The notes: a model not told the origin generated them from the sequence alone. Positions 26,557-37,546 are shown, counted from the stretch's first letter. The stretch: DNA of 53,469 nucleotides from an uncultured Bacteroidales bacterium (GCA_964404485.1 CAYOKJ010000004.1:1-53469); one strand, 5' to 3'. Translations and numbers: made by a program.

Positions 26557-28599
26557 TTAAGGTACATCATAAATATTGCTTTCGTTTCTGTATCCTGAAT
26601 TGCTTTCATACCAGTCTGGAAATAAAGCACCATCACTTTGAGCCCAATCAGCAAATTTTAAATAGGTTGCTGTTATTTCTGTTTTTTCGTTAGGATATTC
26701 GAACTGAGCCCAAATATTTATAGCCCATGGCAGATTATTAACTGTTTTATAATACCTTCCATTACCAAATTGACTATTATCATCCCATGTTCCAAATATG
26801 CTTGTCTCAGCTAAATCAGTTGGACTCTGATTTGGAAGGTGTACTTCGTAGTCTCTGTTTTTATCAATGATTATAAATGGATTAAATGGTGGTATTCCTA
26901 ATTGAGCTTGTGTCATCGGTGAATTTAGATTTACACTAATGTTAAAAGTATCTGGGCTTACATAAGGTGCTCCAGGGCTTGTATTTACACCTATACCGGA
27001 TCCAGGATGAGGTAATAGGTTATAAGCATTATCATAAGCTATAATTACAGCTTTGGATTGACCTGCTTCTGTATTATTAGCATTCAGAGTAATAAATCCT
27101 TCTTGCAAATTTTGTCCACCTACAGTATTTACTGATGAGGGAGTAGATAATAGTTCAAAACCAAATCCATTTTGGAAATTAGCACCATGAGCTCTTGCAA
27201 CAAATTCTGCATCTATTTTTACAATTTTATTTTCACCATTTGTAATTTGATTAAAATTGTAGTTAATTACAAGGTCGTTAAAATCATAATCACCTTTTGC
27301 TGGCCAGAGGTCTTCATATGCCAGGGTTCCGAAGTCAACTTCGCAAGGGTAGTAATTGTTGAAAGCATAATCTGCATCAGCTGGGTAATCATCAAATAAA
27401 TCTGGAATATCGTCTCCATCCGTATCAGTTGATGTATAATCTATTAATGGAAGTTCAAGAATCACACATGGTAATGGATCTACAGTTACATAAAAAATGC
27501 AATCATTAAAATCGTGATCGCAATTAGATGGATCGCCTCCATTATTGTCTCTTCTAATATCCTCAAAACAAAGTAAAGCTCTGTTTCTTGAAGGATCATT
27601 AATAAATACACTATGTTGTTTTAAATTCGGATTTGGTTCGGGATTAAAATCGCGCTCTGAATAATAAAGACCATAGCCTTCAGAAACAGTTCCACTTGAT
27701 TGTTCCCACCCATTTGCTGCAAGAACCCATCCAATTCCGGTATTTTCAGGAAATGAGCCAATATTTACTTTGTTTCCTGCTTGAAGTCCACCACCACTAT
27801 TTGAGTAAGAACTATTTGGGAAAATAACAAAAATGGTGTCAATGTCATTAACTGTTGCCGGAGGTGAACCTAAATTATATGTATAAAAACCAAGAACGTT
27901 TTTATAACCAGCACCTTCGTGTACAAAAGTAACATATACGTCCCCTTCGCATATAAGTTCAAGATCATGCTGATATGAACTTAAAAGATATTCAGGGTGA
28001 TGTGCGTTTACGTGCTGCCTTTCTGGTAAGGAATTTGTAATATCTGTCATAAATCCCGAAGTAATTACATCATTTACAGACTCCAGATAATCAGGGACAC
28101 CCTGACTATTATATGTTCCAAGAAATTCAAATATACTGTTTGTGCTTTTTGTTTGAAGTAGTCCTTTGGATTTATTTGGCGTGAATTGTCCGCCAAAGCT
28201 ATATTCAGCAACACCATTTATTATGGGCACTTCAATAAAATCAATCAAACCAATATGCTCTGTTGCAAGAATAATATTTTCGCTTGTCGCTGAAACAGGT
28301 CTTTTGACTTCAAAGTATCCATTTTCATCAGTTACTCCTTTTACCATTTGACGCCCTCCAAGTTCAGGGAAATCAGTATAAGCTTTAACTATTACTCTTG
28401 ATATTGCTTTATCCTGATTATCCAGTGCGTAGATTTTTATTGTAATATCCTGTGAAGTTTTCCAGTCAAAATCTGGGTTGACTACTATGTTTTCCATGTT
28501 TATATTAACATCATCTGTGTTAATATTGTTATTAAATTTATTACAAGAAGCAATAATTATAATTATGGAAATTAATAAAATGTTTTTCAGTGATTTCAT
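26557..28599 (-). CDS. LruC-domain outer-membrane lipoprotein (DUF4114 + DUF4842-like)
   Basis: Lipobox IASC; FDWKT; FVHEGAGYKNVLGFY; CFEDIRR..DHDFND; Ca-binding-like DTDGDDIPD; AYEDLWPAKGDYDFNDLV; LPWAI; FADW. Confidence 0.75.
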   Translation of the reverse strand: MKSLKNILLISIIIIIASCNKFNNNINTDDVNINMENIVVNPDFDWKTSQDITIKIYALDNQDKAISRVIVKAYTDFPELGGRQMVKGVTDENGYFEVKRPVSATSENIILATEHIGLIDFIEVPIINGVAEYSFGGQFTPNKSKGLLQTKSTNSIFEFLGTYNSQGVPDYLESVNDVITSGFMTDITNSLPERQHVNAHHPEYLLSSYQHDLELICEGDVYVTFVHEGAGYKNVLGFYTYNLGSPPATVNDIDTIFVIFPNSSYSNSGGGLQAGNKVNIGSFPENTGIGWVLAANGWEQSSGTVSEGYGLYYSERDFNPEPNPNLKQHSVFINDPSRNRALLCFEDIRRDNNGGDPSNCDHDFNDCIFYVTVDPLPCVILELPLIDYTSTDTDGDDIPDLFDDYPADADYAFNNYYPCEVDFGTLAYEDLWPAKGDYDFNDLVINYNFNQITNGENKIVKIDAEFVARAHGANFQNGFGFELLSTPSSVNTVGGQNLQEGFITLNANNTEAGQSKAVIIAYDNAYNLLPHPGSGIGVNTSPGAPYVSPDTFNISVNLNSPMTQAQLGIPPFNPFIIIDKNRDYEVHLPNQSPTDLAETSIFGTWDDNSQFGNGRYYKTVNNLPWAINIWAQFEYPNEKTEITATYLKFADWAQSDGALFPDWYESNSGYRNESNIYDVP

Positions 28600-28759
28600 G
28601 ATTACTTGGTTTTATTATCCAAGTATAAGATTTACAAAATGTGTACCTTAAATGTAAAACGCAAAGAATCAGTATAATAAGATTTGTTAGAATTATCATG
28701 TAGTCCCAATATGGGATAAAAATTCTTAATTTGGAACTATCAAGATTTGAGAGTTGTTT

Positions 28760-30133
28760 TTAATTTTGAGAATTATAATGGCTGTAATTTATCAATTGGT
28801 CGTATTGAGTTCCAGGCTCACGATAATAAACTAAAATGTTATAATCGTTTTCAGTTTCAAAATGATTTCCTTCAATGAAACTGATATCAGCTTGCGATTT
28901 CCCGTTTTTCTGAAATGCGTATAAATAATTATAATAACCTTGTTTTAAGAAAAGTGAAGCTTCGTAAGCTTTTGTTTCATAATTGTATTTTAAACGGTTA
29001 TTATCAGAAAGCTGCCAATTAGTTAATGATCCTAAAATATAAAGTTCTCCATCAATTAATGGTACAGGGTAAGGTAAAGTGAAATGTACAAAAGAGTAAT
29101 CAGCTTCTGTTGGAGTGTTTCCTCTTTCTGAGGTCTTAATAAGTTTTTTACCATTAATATCCTGTAGAGAAATATAAACTTTATATGGTCTTATATTATC
29201 AGTATGTAAAAAAACCTGATTGGTATTATTAAAATAATCTATTTTTTTTATCCTTTCGGATTGATATCGTAAATCCTTTATGTCAAAATGCCTGAATTCA
29301 TTTCCACCATTAAAAACATTTTCCTTATCGTGATTGAATATTATATCGTTTCCTTTTATCATTTGGGCTTTAAGATCATAAATTATATTATCCCATCTTC
29401 CGTTTTGTTGAAGAATAACAGTTAATTCACGATATGGATTTGCAATTTCAAAACCATTTTTATGAACAGTAAAATCTATCTCCTGTTTATAATTCATATC
29501 AGCAATACTTGTAGCTTTATGAATACTTGCTTCTATCGAAACTTTTTGTTCAACTATCATAAATCGAAATGTAAAAATGACATTTTCATCTTTGTCATCA
29601 TCATCAAAAACCTTTAGTATATAGTTTCCCGAAATAATGGGTTTTGTATAATCTGACGGGAAAATAGTTTCGTAATGTGTAAATTCTGTATGAGTGTTAA
29701 AAGAATATTGATAATCACTGATTTCATCAATGGTAAAACCATCAATATATTTTGATTTTGGAATATCGGAAGTTTTCCAGTTTGCATTACAATGAATAAT
29801 GGTGTATTTATAATCTTTTACATCTCCTTCCAAATCGTCAAATGAAAGTTTTAGTTTGTCATCTGTGTTTAATCTGAGAACAGCTGCGGACATTTCCCAT
29901 CCTTCTTTATGAAGTAGAACTGTTTTAATATATTTTTTATAGATATAATTTTCGTTTCTGATAAAATCCTTTTTGTAATAATCATCCTGATCATAATCTG
30001 CAATTAAAATTGAGTTTTCAGAATTTGAAAAAAAAATATTTTGATTGGTTTTTCCGAATGAATAATCGTAAATAATCAAAAAAACCAGTAGAATTATTAT
30101 AAATATGTAGGATTTCTTATTCTGTTTTTTCAT
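28760..30133 (-). CDS. DUF5103 / T9SS plug-like protein
   Basis: LKLSFDDL, YTIIHCNANW, SGNYILKV, LQQNGRWDN, GGNEFR, LKQGYYNY, ETENDY. Confidence 0.75.
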   Translation of the reverse strand: MKKQNKKSYIFIIILLVFLIIYDYSFGKTNQNIFFSNSENSILIADYDQDDYYKKDFIRNENYIYKKYIKTVLLHKEGWEMSAAVLRLNTDDKLKLSFDDLEGDVKDYKYTIIHCNANWKTSDIPKSKYIDGFTIDEISDYQYSFNTHTEFTHYETIFPSDYTKPIISGNYILKVFDDDDKDENVIFTFRFMIVEQKVSIEASIHKATSIADMNYKQEIDFTVHKNGFEIANPYRELTVILQQNGRWDNIIYDLKAQMIKGNDIIFNHDKENVFNGGNEFRHFDIKDLRYQSERIKKIDYFNNTNQVFLHTDNIRPYKVYISLQDINGKKLIKTSERGNTPTEADYSFVHFTLPYPVPLIDGELYILGSLTNWQLSDNNRLKYNYETKAYEASLFLKQGYYNYLYAFQKNGKSQADISFIEGNHFETENDYNILVYYREPGTQYDQLINYSHYNSQN

Positions 30134-30147
30134 TTGTTATTTTTTTG

Positions 30148-30155
30148 CAAATTTA
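30148..30155 (-). promoter_or_regulatory. Candidate -7 element (TAAATTTG) for the DUF5103 gene
   Basis: TAnnTTTG match 15 nt upstream of the ATG. Confidence 0.45.
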
Positions 30156-30343
30156 ATTATAAACTGTTGTTAATGTGTGATTATTGTTGAAAAAGAAAAA
30201 AGCATATATTTTATGTTATTTCAATATGCTCTAAATTGGAGCTTTTTTTATATTAATAATTGATAAATGTCAATTATTTAAATGATTTTTTGTAAAATTG
30301 TACCTTCAAAAAAAATAAAGTTTTTTATTGACAAATTGAACTT

Positions 30344-31693
30344 ATGTCGAAAGAAATAAAAATTAAAAAAGGTTTAAACATAAATTTATTTGGTGAAGCA
30401 GAAAAGACAATTTCTGAGTTAAAAGCTAAACAATATGCAATTAAACCTACAGATTTTGTTGGAGTTTTCCCGAAATTATTAGTAAAAGAGGGTGATTTGG
30501 TAAAAGCCGGATCACCTGTTTTTTATGATAAACACAGGGAAAATATTAAATTTACTGCACCAGTCAGTGGAAAGATTGCAGGAATCCTTCGCGGAGCAAA
30601 AAGAGTTTTGCAAGAAATAATTATTGATGCTGATGAGGAAATATTTTATGAATCCTTTGGAAAAGAAAATCCCGATGATCTGAAGAAAGAAAAAATAATA
30701 GAAAAATTATTGAAAAGTGGTATATGGCCTTTCATTCGTCAAAGACCATATTCAATAATTGCAGACCCTGATACCGAACCAAAAGCCATTTTTATTTCAG
30801 GTTTTGATACATCTCCTCTCGCTCCTGATTACGATTTTCTAATTCATGGAAAAGGTGAAGAATTTCAAACAGGATTAAATGCAATTGCAAAATTAACATC
30901 AGGAAAAGTTCACTTAAATATTAATAACGACCTTCCGGGGTCAAGAGTATTTACAAACTCAAAAAATGTACAGGTAAATAATTTTACCGGACCTCACCCA
31001 TCTGGTAACGTTGGTACACAGATAAACAAGATTGATCCTATAAACAAAGGTGATATTGTGTGGTATCTTCGTCCGCAGGAAGTTATAACAATAGGTAAAT
31101 TATTTCTTGAAGGAAAATTTGACGTTTCTAGAGTAATTGCTTTGACTGGCTCTGAAATAAAAAAAACTAGTTATTTTAAAACTTATATTGGAGCTTCAAT
31201 CGAAGGAATGATTGAAAAAAATCTTGAACAGGAAAATGTAAGGTGTATAAGTGGAAATGTTCTTACCGGAACGAAAATTGAAAAATCAGGTTTTTTGAGT
31301 TTCTACGATTATCAGCTTACAGTTATTCCCGAAGGTGACCATTATGACTTTCTTGGATGGATGTTGCCGGGATTAAAAAAACATAGTTTTTACAGGACTT
31401 TCATGGCTTGGTTAACTCCAAAGAAAAAATTCAAAGTTCATACAAATCTTAATGGGGGCGAAAGGTCTTTTGTTATGACCGGTCAATTTGAGAGAGTGTT
31501 TCCGTTAGATATTTATCCAATGCAATTGTTAAAAGCAATTATTATTGAGGATATTGATGCAATGGAGAATCTTGGAATTTATGAAGTTGATGAAGAAGAT
31601 TTTGCTCTATGTGAGTACATCAGTACATCAAAAATTAATATACAATCTGTTGTAAGAAATGGTTTGGATATAATTAGAAAGGAAATGAGTTAA
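30344..31693 (+). CDS. nqrA: Na+-translocating NADH:quinone reductase subunit A
   Basis: IKIKKGLNINL, FTAPVSG, GPHPSGNVG, EEDFALC; first gene of the nqr operon. Confidence 0.96.
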   Translation: MSKEIKIKKGLNINLFGEAEKTISELKAKQYAIKPTDFVGVFPKLLVKEGDLVKAGSPVFYDKHRENIKFTAPVSGKIAGILRGAKRVLQEIIIDADEEIFYESFGKENPDDLKKEKIIEKLLKSGIWPFIRQRPYSIIADPDTEPKAIFISGFDTSPLAPDYDFLIHGKGEEFQTGLNAIAKLTSGKVHLNINNDLPGSRVFTNSKNVQVNNFTGPHPSGNVGTQINKIDPINKGDIVWYLRPQEVITIGKLFLEGKFDVSRVIALTGSEIKKTSYFKTYIGASIEGMIEKNLEQENVRCISGNVLTGTKIEKSGFLSFYDYQLTVIPEGDHYDFLGWMLPGLKKHSFYRTFMAWLTPKKKFKVHTNLNGGERSFVMTGQFERVFPLDIYPMQLLKAIIIEDIDAMENLGIYEVDEEDFALCEYISTSKINIQSVVRNGLDIIRKEMS

Positions 31694-31790
31694 AGATTTA
31701 TGTACTTAAAGTGAAATAAATTTAAGTCATTATTGCTCATTTATTTTTTGTTGTTAAAAGCCAAAGCACTAAATTGAAAAAAATAAATAC

Positions 31791-32948
31791 ATGAAATTAA
31801 TTAGAAACATATTAGATAATATAAAACCTCATGTTGAAAAAGGTGGAAAATTTCATTTTTTCAGATCCACTTTTGACGCTATTGAAACTTTGTTTTTTGT
31901 ACAAAATCATGTTACTCAAAAAGGAAGTCATATTCGCGATAGTGTGGATATGAAAAGGACAATGATTGTTGTTGTACTTGCTGTAATTCCAGCCTTGCTT
32001 TTTGGAATGTGGAATACAGGTAGATTACATTTTTTATCAATAGGTGAAGCAGCTGCTTTTTGGCCAACATTTTGGTATGGATTTTTTAAAATATTACCTA
32101 TTATTATTGTAACTTATGTTGTAGGACTGACTATTGAAATAATTTTTGCACAAAAAAGAGGGCACGAAGTAAACGAAGGATTTTTTGTTTCTGGTATTTT
32201 AATTCCATTAATACTTCCGGCAGATGTTCCATTATGGATGGTAGCTGTTGCAACTGCCTTTGCAGTGATAATTGGAAAAGAAGTTTTTGGTGGATCAGGG
32301 ATGAATATTATGAATCCTGCTTTGATTGCAAGGGCTTTTCTGTTTTTTGCATACCCGTCAAAAATGTCGGGTGATGTAATATGGGTTAGCGGAATGACGA
32401 ATAATACAAATATTGTGGATGGATTTTCCGGAGCAACTCCTCTAGGAAATGCCTTGGTTGGAAATCTTGATAAATTACCAAGTCCAATGGATATGTTTCT
32501 TGGAATAATACCCGGATCAATTGGTGAGACTTCTGTAGTTGCTATTCTTATTGGTGCGGCAATATTGCTTTATACAGGAGTTGGCAGTTGGAGAATAATG
32601 TTCTCGGTTGTTGCCGGTGCGTTAATTATGGGATTTATTTTTAATCTTACAGCAGTAAATGATTATATGGCACTTCCTGCTTGGGAGCACTTGATAATGG
32701 GTGGTTTTGCTTTTGGTGCAATTTTTATGGCTACCGATCCGGTTACGGCAACACAAACTAATAAAGGAAAATATATTTACGGATTCTTAATTGGTTTGCT
32801 TGCTATACTTATAAGAGTGGTAAATCCGGCATACCCTGAAGGTATGATGCTGGCTATATTATTGATGAATGTTTTTGCTCCTCTTATAGATCATTATGTG
32901 GTTGCAGCAAACATTAAGAAAAGATTAAAAAGAATAAAAACAGTATAG
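31791..32948 (+). CDS. nqrB: Na+-NQR subunit B
   Basis: HIRDSVDMKRTM, GKEVFGG, FMN site SGATPL, FMATDPV, AYPEG. Confidence 0.96.
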   Translation: MKLIRNILDNIKPHVEKGGKFHFFRSTFDAIETLFFVQNHVTQKGSHIRDSVDMKRTMIVVVLAVIPALLFGMWNTGRLHFLSIGEAAAFWPTFWYGFFKILPIIIVTYVVGLTIEIIFAQKRGHEVNEGFFVSGILIPLILPADVPLWMVAVATAFAVIIGKEVFGGSGMNIMNPALIARAFLFFAYPSKMSGDVIWVSGMTNNTNIVDGFSGATPLGNALVGNLDKLPSPMDMFLGIIPGSIGETSVVAILIGAAILLYTGVGSWRIMFSVVAGALIMGFIFNLTAVNDYMALPAWEHLIMGGFAFGAIFMATDPVTATQTNKGKYIYGFLIGLLAILIRVVNPAYPEGMMLAILLMNVFAPLIDHYVVAANIKKRLKRIKTV

Positions 32949-32985
32949 AAAAATATAATAATCAAAAATTATAAAACTTATAATT

Positions 32986-33723
32986 ATGTATAGTAATTTC
33001 TACATATTCCGGTATGCCAGTATTCTGGTAATATTGGTTGCTGCAATTTTATCTGCTGCAGCGATGTTGCTTAAACCTTATCAGGAACGAAATGTTGCTA
33101 TTGATAAAATGCAGGGGATATTGAAATCAGCAAATATTGAAGCAGATGCAAGCAATGCAATTCAACTTTATGATAAATATATTACTGATGAAAAAGTAAT
33201 TAATTCCAAAGGAGAATTAGTAAGTGAGTATATAAACGGTGATTTTGTAAAAGGTGATATACGTGCTTTAGACATTAAAGTTAAAGAAGAACTTTTTAAA
33301 AAATCAAAAGGAGAAGAATTTTCCCTTTCGATATTAATTTGTGATATTGATGGCAGAAAAGTAAATATTATTCCAATGTTTGGCAAAGGGTTATGGGGTC
33401 CAATTTGGGGAAATATCGCTCTTGACGAAAATTTCAATAAAGTAGTTGGAGTTTATTTCGATCATAAAGGAGAAACTCCTGGCTTAGGTGCTGAAATAAA
33501 TAAAACCAAATTTATGGATCAATTTGTAGGAAAAAAATTATTCAACGAAAAAGGTGAATTTGTATCAATTGATGTTGTGAAAGGTGGAGTTGATTTGAAA
33601 CCTAAAAATATGAGAATACATGGTGTTGATGCTATTTCGGGTGGAACAATTACAAGTAATTCTGTTAAAGATATGCTAAAAGACTGTTTAGAAAATTATG
33701 TACCTTATTTCAAAAAACAATAA
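32986..33723 (+). CDS. nqrC: Na+-NQR subunit C
   Basis: GKGLWGPIWG, GETPGLGAEI, FMN site DAISGGTITS. Confidence 0.96.
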   Translation: MYSNFYIFRYASILVILVAAILSAAAMLLKPYQERNVAIDKMQGILKSANIEADASNAIQLYDKYITDEKVINSKGELVSEYINGDFVKGDIRALDIKVKEELFKKSKGEEFSLSILICDIDGRKVNIIPMFGKGLWGPIWGNIALDENFNKVVGVYFDHKGETPGLGAEINKTKFMDQFVGKKLFNEKGEFVSIDVVKGGVDLKPKNMRIHGVDAISGGTITSNSVKDMLKDCLENYVPYFKKQ

Positions 33724-33728
33724 AGTAA

Positions 33729-34385
33729 ATGAGCACAGAAATTAAAGAAAAGGAAGCAATGTTTTCAGTAAAAAACAGAAAATTATTACTGAATCCTCTA
33801 AATAAAGAAAATCCAATAACAGTACAAGTATTGGGAATTTGCTCTGCACTTGCTGTTACAGCAAAGTTAGAACCGGCTTTTGTGATGTCATTATCAGTTA
33901 TGGCAGTTCTTGCAATTGCAAATGTTTTAATCTCATTTATGAGAAACGGCATCCCGCCACGTATCAGAATAATTGTTCAGTTAGTAGTGGTTGCTTCATT
34001 GGTAATTCTTGTTGACCAATTACTAAAAGCATTTTTATTTGATGTAAGTAAACAGTTATCAGTTTTTGTAGGTTTGATAATTACAAACTGTATAATTATG
34101 GGAAGACTCGAAGCATTTGCTATGGCGAATAAACCCTGGCCTGCTTTCCTCGACGGATTAGGAAACGCCTTTGGATATGCGTGGATACTTCTCGTTGTTG
34201 CTTTTTTTAGAGAGCTTTTAGGATCCGGAACTATCTGGGGATACCAAGTAATACCGGAAGATTTTTATTTATTTGGTTATGAAAATAACGGCTTGATGAT
34301 TTTGCCTCCAATGGCACTGATAGTTGTTGGAATAATTATTTGGGTACAAAGATCGAAAACCAAAGAATTGATAGAAGATAAATAG
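33729..34385 (+). CDS. nqrD: Na+-NQR subunit D
   Basis: VQVLGICSALAVT, GLIITNCIIMGR, FFRELLGSG. Confidence 0.96.
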   Translation: MSTEIKEKEAMFSVKNRKLLLNPLNKENPITVQVLGICSALAVTAKLEPAFVMSLSVMAVLAIANVLISFMRNGIPPRIRIIVQLVVVASLVILVDQLLKAFLFDVSKQLSVFVGLIITNCIIMGRLEAFAMANKPWPAFLDGLGNAFGYAWILLVVAFFRELLGSGTIWGYQVIPEDFYLFGYENNGLMILPPMALIVVGIIIWVQRSKTKELIEDK

Positions 34386-34445
34386 AATGTTGGATACTTG
34401 ATACTGAAATTAAAAATTAAGAAACAAAATTAAACAAACATAATC

Positions 34446-35063
34446 ATGCAAGAGATTTTTAACATTTTTGTCAAATCGATATTTATAGATAACATGATAT
34501 TTGCCTATTTCCTGGGCATGTGCTCCTATCTTGCAGTATCAAAGACAGTAAAAACATCGATGGGTTTGGGTATTGCTGTAATATTTGTGTTAGCAATTAC
34601 AGTCCCGGTAGATTATTTGTTAAATGAATATGTATTATCAGCGGGAGCTTTAGTTTGGCTTGGACCTGAATTTGCAAATGTAGATTTAAGCTTTTTAAGT
34701 TTTATCATGTTTATTGCTATCATTGCTTCTATGGTACAATTAGTTGAAATGATAGTAGAAAAGTTTACTCCTGCTCTTTATAATTCTTTGGGAATTTTTC
34801 TTCCATTAATTGCTGTGAATTGTGCAATTCTTGGTGGATCACTTTTTATGCAGGAAAGAGAATATCAATCAATTGGTCAGGCTACTGCTTTCGGACTTGG
34901 TTCAGGCGTGGGTTGGCTTCTTGCTATTGTTGGTATAGCAGCCATCAGAGAGAAAATTCGTTATTCAAATATTCCAGCTCCTTTGCGTGGTTTAGGAATA
35001 ACTTTTATTATTACAGGTTTAATGGGAATTGCATTTATGAGCTTCCTTGGTATTAAATTATAA
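34446..35063 (+). CDS. nqrE: Na+-NQR subunit E
   Basis: [33 protein letters not shown]. Confidence 0.96.
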   Translation: MQEIFNIFVKSIFIDNMIFAYFLGMCSYLAVSKTVKTSMGLGIAVIFVLAITVPVDYLLNEYVLSAGALVWLGPEFANVDLSFLSFIMFIAIIASMVQLVEMIVEKFTPALYNSLGIFLPLIAVNCAILGGSLFMQEREYQSIGQATAFGLGSGVGWLLAIVGIAAIREKIRYSNIPAPLRGLGITFIITGLMGIAFMSFLGIKL

Positions 35064-35095
35064 TTTTTAATTAAGAAAGTTTAAATATTTTTAAA

Positions 35096-36352
35096 ATGAT
35101 ATTAAGCATCGGAATGGGTACAGTAATTTTAACAAGTATAATTGTTTTTTTATTAGTAATTATGCTTTTAGTGGCACTTTTACTTTATGCCAGAAAAAAA
35201 TTAACTCCTCAGGGAGAAGTCGAACTTACAATTAATAAGGATAAAAAATTTATTGTTAATCCGGGTTCAACTATTTTAACAACTTTAGCAAACGAAAAAA
35301 TCTTTCTTCCATCAGCATGTGGAGGTGGAGGTACTTGTGGAATGTGTAAATGCCAGGTTTTATCCGGCGGTGGCTCAATCCTTCCTACCGAGACAGGTTT
35401 TTTTACAAGAAAAGAACAAATGAATAACTGGCGTTTAGGCTGTCAGGTTAAGGTAAAAGAAGATATGGAAATTGCAATTCCAAAGGAAATATTTGGAATT
35501 AAGAAGTGGGAATGTGAAGTTGTGTCGAATAAAAATGTCGCTACTTTTATTAAGGAATTTGTTGTTAAATTACCTGAGGGCGAAACAATGGATTTTAGAT
35601 CCGGTGGTTATGTTCAAATTGATGTTCCAAAATGCGTGGTTGATTATCATGATATTGAAATTGATGAAGATTATAAGGGTGACTGGGATAAGTTTAAAAT
35701 GTGGGATTTAAAGATGAAGAATCCTGAGCCTATTTTCCGCGCTTATTCTATGGCTAATCATCCTGCCGAAGGAAATATTGTAATGCTGAATATTCGTATT
35801 GCAACACCTCCTTTCAATCCAAAGACAAAAGGATTTAAAAAAGTGAATCCAGGAGTATGTTCTTCATATATTTTCTCTCGTAAATCTGGTGATAAGGTTA
35901 CTGTTTCGGGCCCTTACGGTGAATTCTTTATAAAAGATACTAAAAGAGAAATAATGTTTATCGGTGGTGGTGCAGGAATGGCACCAATGAGATCTCATAT
36001 TTTTCATCTTTTTAAAACTGAAAAAACAGATAGAAAATCTACTTTTTGGTATGGTGGCCGATCATTACGAGAACTGTTTTATATTGATGAATTTAGAGAA
36101 ATTGAAAAGAATTTCGATAATTTTACATTTAATATCGGATTATCAGAACCGATTCCCGAAGATAACTGGAATGGTTACAAAGGATTTATTCACCAGGTAA
36201 TAATTGATAATTATCTAAAGAATCACCCCGAACCTGAAGAGATTGAATATTATCTTTGCGGACCTCCTATGATGAACGATGCCGTTCTCAAAATGCTTGA
36301 CGATTACGGTGTCCCTGATGAAATGATTATGTTCGATGATTTCGGTGGTTAA
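35096..36352 (+). CDS. nqrF: Na+-NQR subunit F
   Basis: 2Fe-2S SACGGGGTCGMC..LGCQ, RAYSMAN, GGGAGMAP, YLCGPP, FDDFGG. Confidence 0.97.
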   Translation: MILSIGMGTVILTSIIVFLLVIMLLVALLLYARKKLTPQGEVELTINKDKKFIVNPGSTILTTLANEKIFLPSACGGGGTCGMCKCQVLSGGGSILPTETGFFTRKEQMNNWRLGCQVKVKEDMEIAIPKEIFGIKKWECEVVSNKNVATFIKEFVVKLPEGETMDFRSGGYVQIDVPKCVVDYHDIEIDEDYKGDWDKFKMWDLKMKNPEPIFRAYSMANHPAEGNIVMLNIRIATPPFNPKTKGFKKVNPGVCSSYIFSRKSGDKVTVSGPYGEFFIKDTKREIMFIGGGAGMAPMRSHIFHLFKTEKTDRKSTFWYGGRSLRELFYIDEFREIEKNFDNFTFNIGLSEPIPEDNWNGYKGFIHQVIIDNYLKNHPEPEEIEYYLCGPPMMNDAVLKMLDDYGVPDEMIMFDDFGG

Positions 36353-36365
36353 ATTGTAAATGTAG

Positions 36366-36392
36366 AAGTCTCCCTTGTGGAGACTTTTTTTC
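36366..36392 (+). terminator. Intrinsic terminator after nqrF
   Basis: Stem aagtctcc / ggagactt, 5-nt loop, T-tract. Confidence 0.85.
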
Positions 36393-36495
36393 TATATATT
36401 ATGAGTTTTGTATATGTACTATTTAGAATTTTATTGGTAATCAAATCTGTGGCTTTTTATTTATTTGAGATTAATAATAATGAGCCATTTTTTTA

Positions 36496-36503
36496 TAAAT
36501 TTG
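36496..36503 (+). promoter_or_regulatory. Candidate -7 element (TAAATTTG) for apbE
   Basis: TAnnTTTG match 33 nt upstream of the ATG and downstream of the nqrF terminator. Confidence 0.55.
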
Positions 36504-36535
36504 TTTCCATTTATAATTACTAAAATTATCATCAT

Positions 36536-37546
36536 ATGTACAAAAAATTTCTTCAGTTTTTCTTTATAATAATTGCAACTAATTATTCTTGCAATCACCC
36601 TGAGAAATTGCAAAAAGTTATGTTTGGCGGTGAAACTCAAGGAACATATTATGCCATAACTTATTTTGAAAAAGATGGGGTAAGTTATCAGAACGAAATC
36701 GATTCCTTGTTAAATGATTTTGATAACACAGCTTCAATGTGGGTTGAGAATTCAATTTTATCTCGGGTAAACCGAAACGATACTAATGTAAAATTAAATG
36801 AGCATTTTATTGATATTTATGAATTAGCAAAACAAGTTTCGGAAAATACAAAGGGTGCTTTCGACATTACGGTTGGTCCCTTAATCAACGCCTGGGGTTT
36901 TGGTTTCTCCGAAAGAATAAAAGTTGATAAACATATTGTTGATAGCTTGCTTCCTCTTATTAATTTCAGGGCAGTTTCTTTATCAGATGGAAAAATAATA
37001 AAAGATAAACCCGGAATTAATTTTGATTTTAATGCAATTGCACAAGGCTATTCAGTTGATCTTGTTGCCGGATTTTTGCAAACCAAAGGAATTAATAATT
37101 TCATTGTTGATATTGGGGGTGAAGTTGTTGCTCATGGGAAAAAACCTGATGGCAGTTTGTGGAGAGTTGGAATAGAAAAACCTACAGAAACAAAAGATAA
37201 CGAACGAACTTTAAATGCTGTTGTTACAATGGAAAACACATCATTAGCAACCTCAGGAAGTTATAGAAAATATTATGAAGAAGGCGGTATAAGGTATTCT
37301 CATACCATAAATCCAAAAACCGGTTATCCTGTCACCCATTCACTTTTAAGCGTTTCTGTTTTAGCAGAAAATGCTAGTATTGCTGATGCCTATGCAACTG
37401 CATTTATGGTTATGGGTCTTGAAAAAGCAAAAGTATTTCTTGAAAAAAACAAGGAATTAGAAGCTTATTTTATTTATTTCGAGAAGGATAGACTGAAAAC
37501 ATATTGCACAAAAGGTTTGCAGAAAATTTTGAAAGAAGAAATTTAA
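36536..37546 (+). CDS. apbE: FAD:protein FMN transferase
   Basis: GETQGTYY, GAFDITVGPL, DFNAIAQGY, VDIGGE, LATSGSYR, HTINPKTG, ADAYATAFMV; adjacent to nqr. Confidence 0.95.
   Translation: MYKKFLQFFFIIIATNYSCNHPEKLQKVMFGGETQGTYYAITYFEKDGVSYQNEIDSLLNDFDNTASMWVENSILSRVNRNDTNVKLNEHFIDIYELAKQVSENTKGAFDITVGPLINAWGFGFSERIKVDKHIVDSLLPLINFRAVSLSDGKIIKDKPGINFDFNAIAQGYSVDLVAGFLQTKGINNFIVDIGGEVVAHGKKPDGSLWRVGIEKPTETKDNERTLNAVVTMENTSLATSGSYRKYYEEGGIRYSHTINPKTGYPVTHSLLSVSVLAENASIADAYATAFMVMGLEKAKVFLEKNKELEAYFIYFEKDRLKTYCTKGLQKILKEEI

Noticed and set aside
28700-28716. GTAG followed by the hairpin tccca-ata-tggga (classical REP-like arrangement)
   Set aside because: Single 5-bp stem with no second copy seen; compatible with chance
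30344-37546. nqrA-F plus apbE as a novelty
   Set aside because: Canonical, well-described operon with intact FMN and Fe-S motifs
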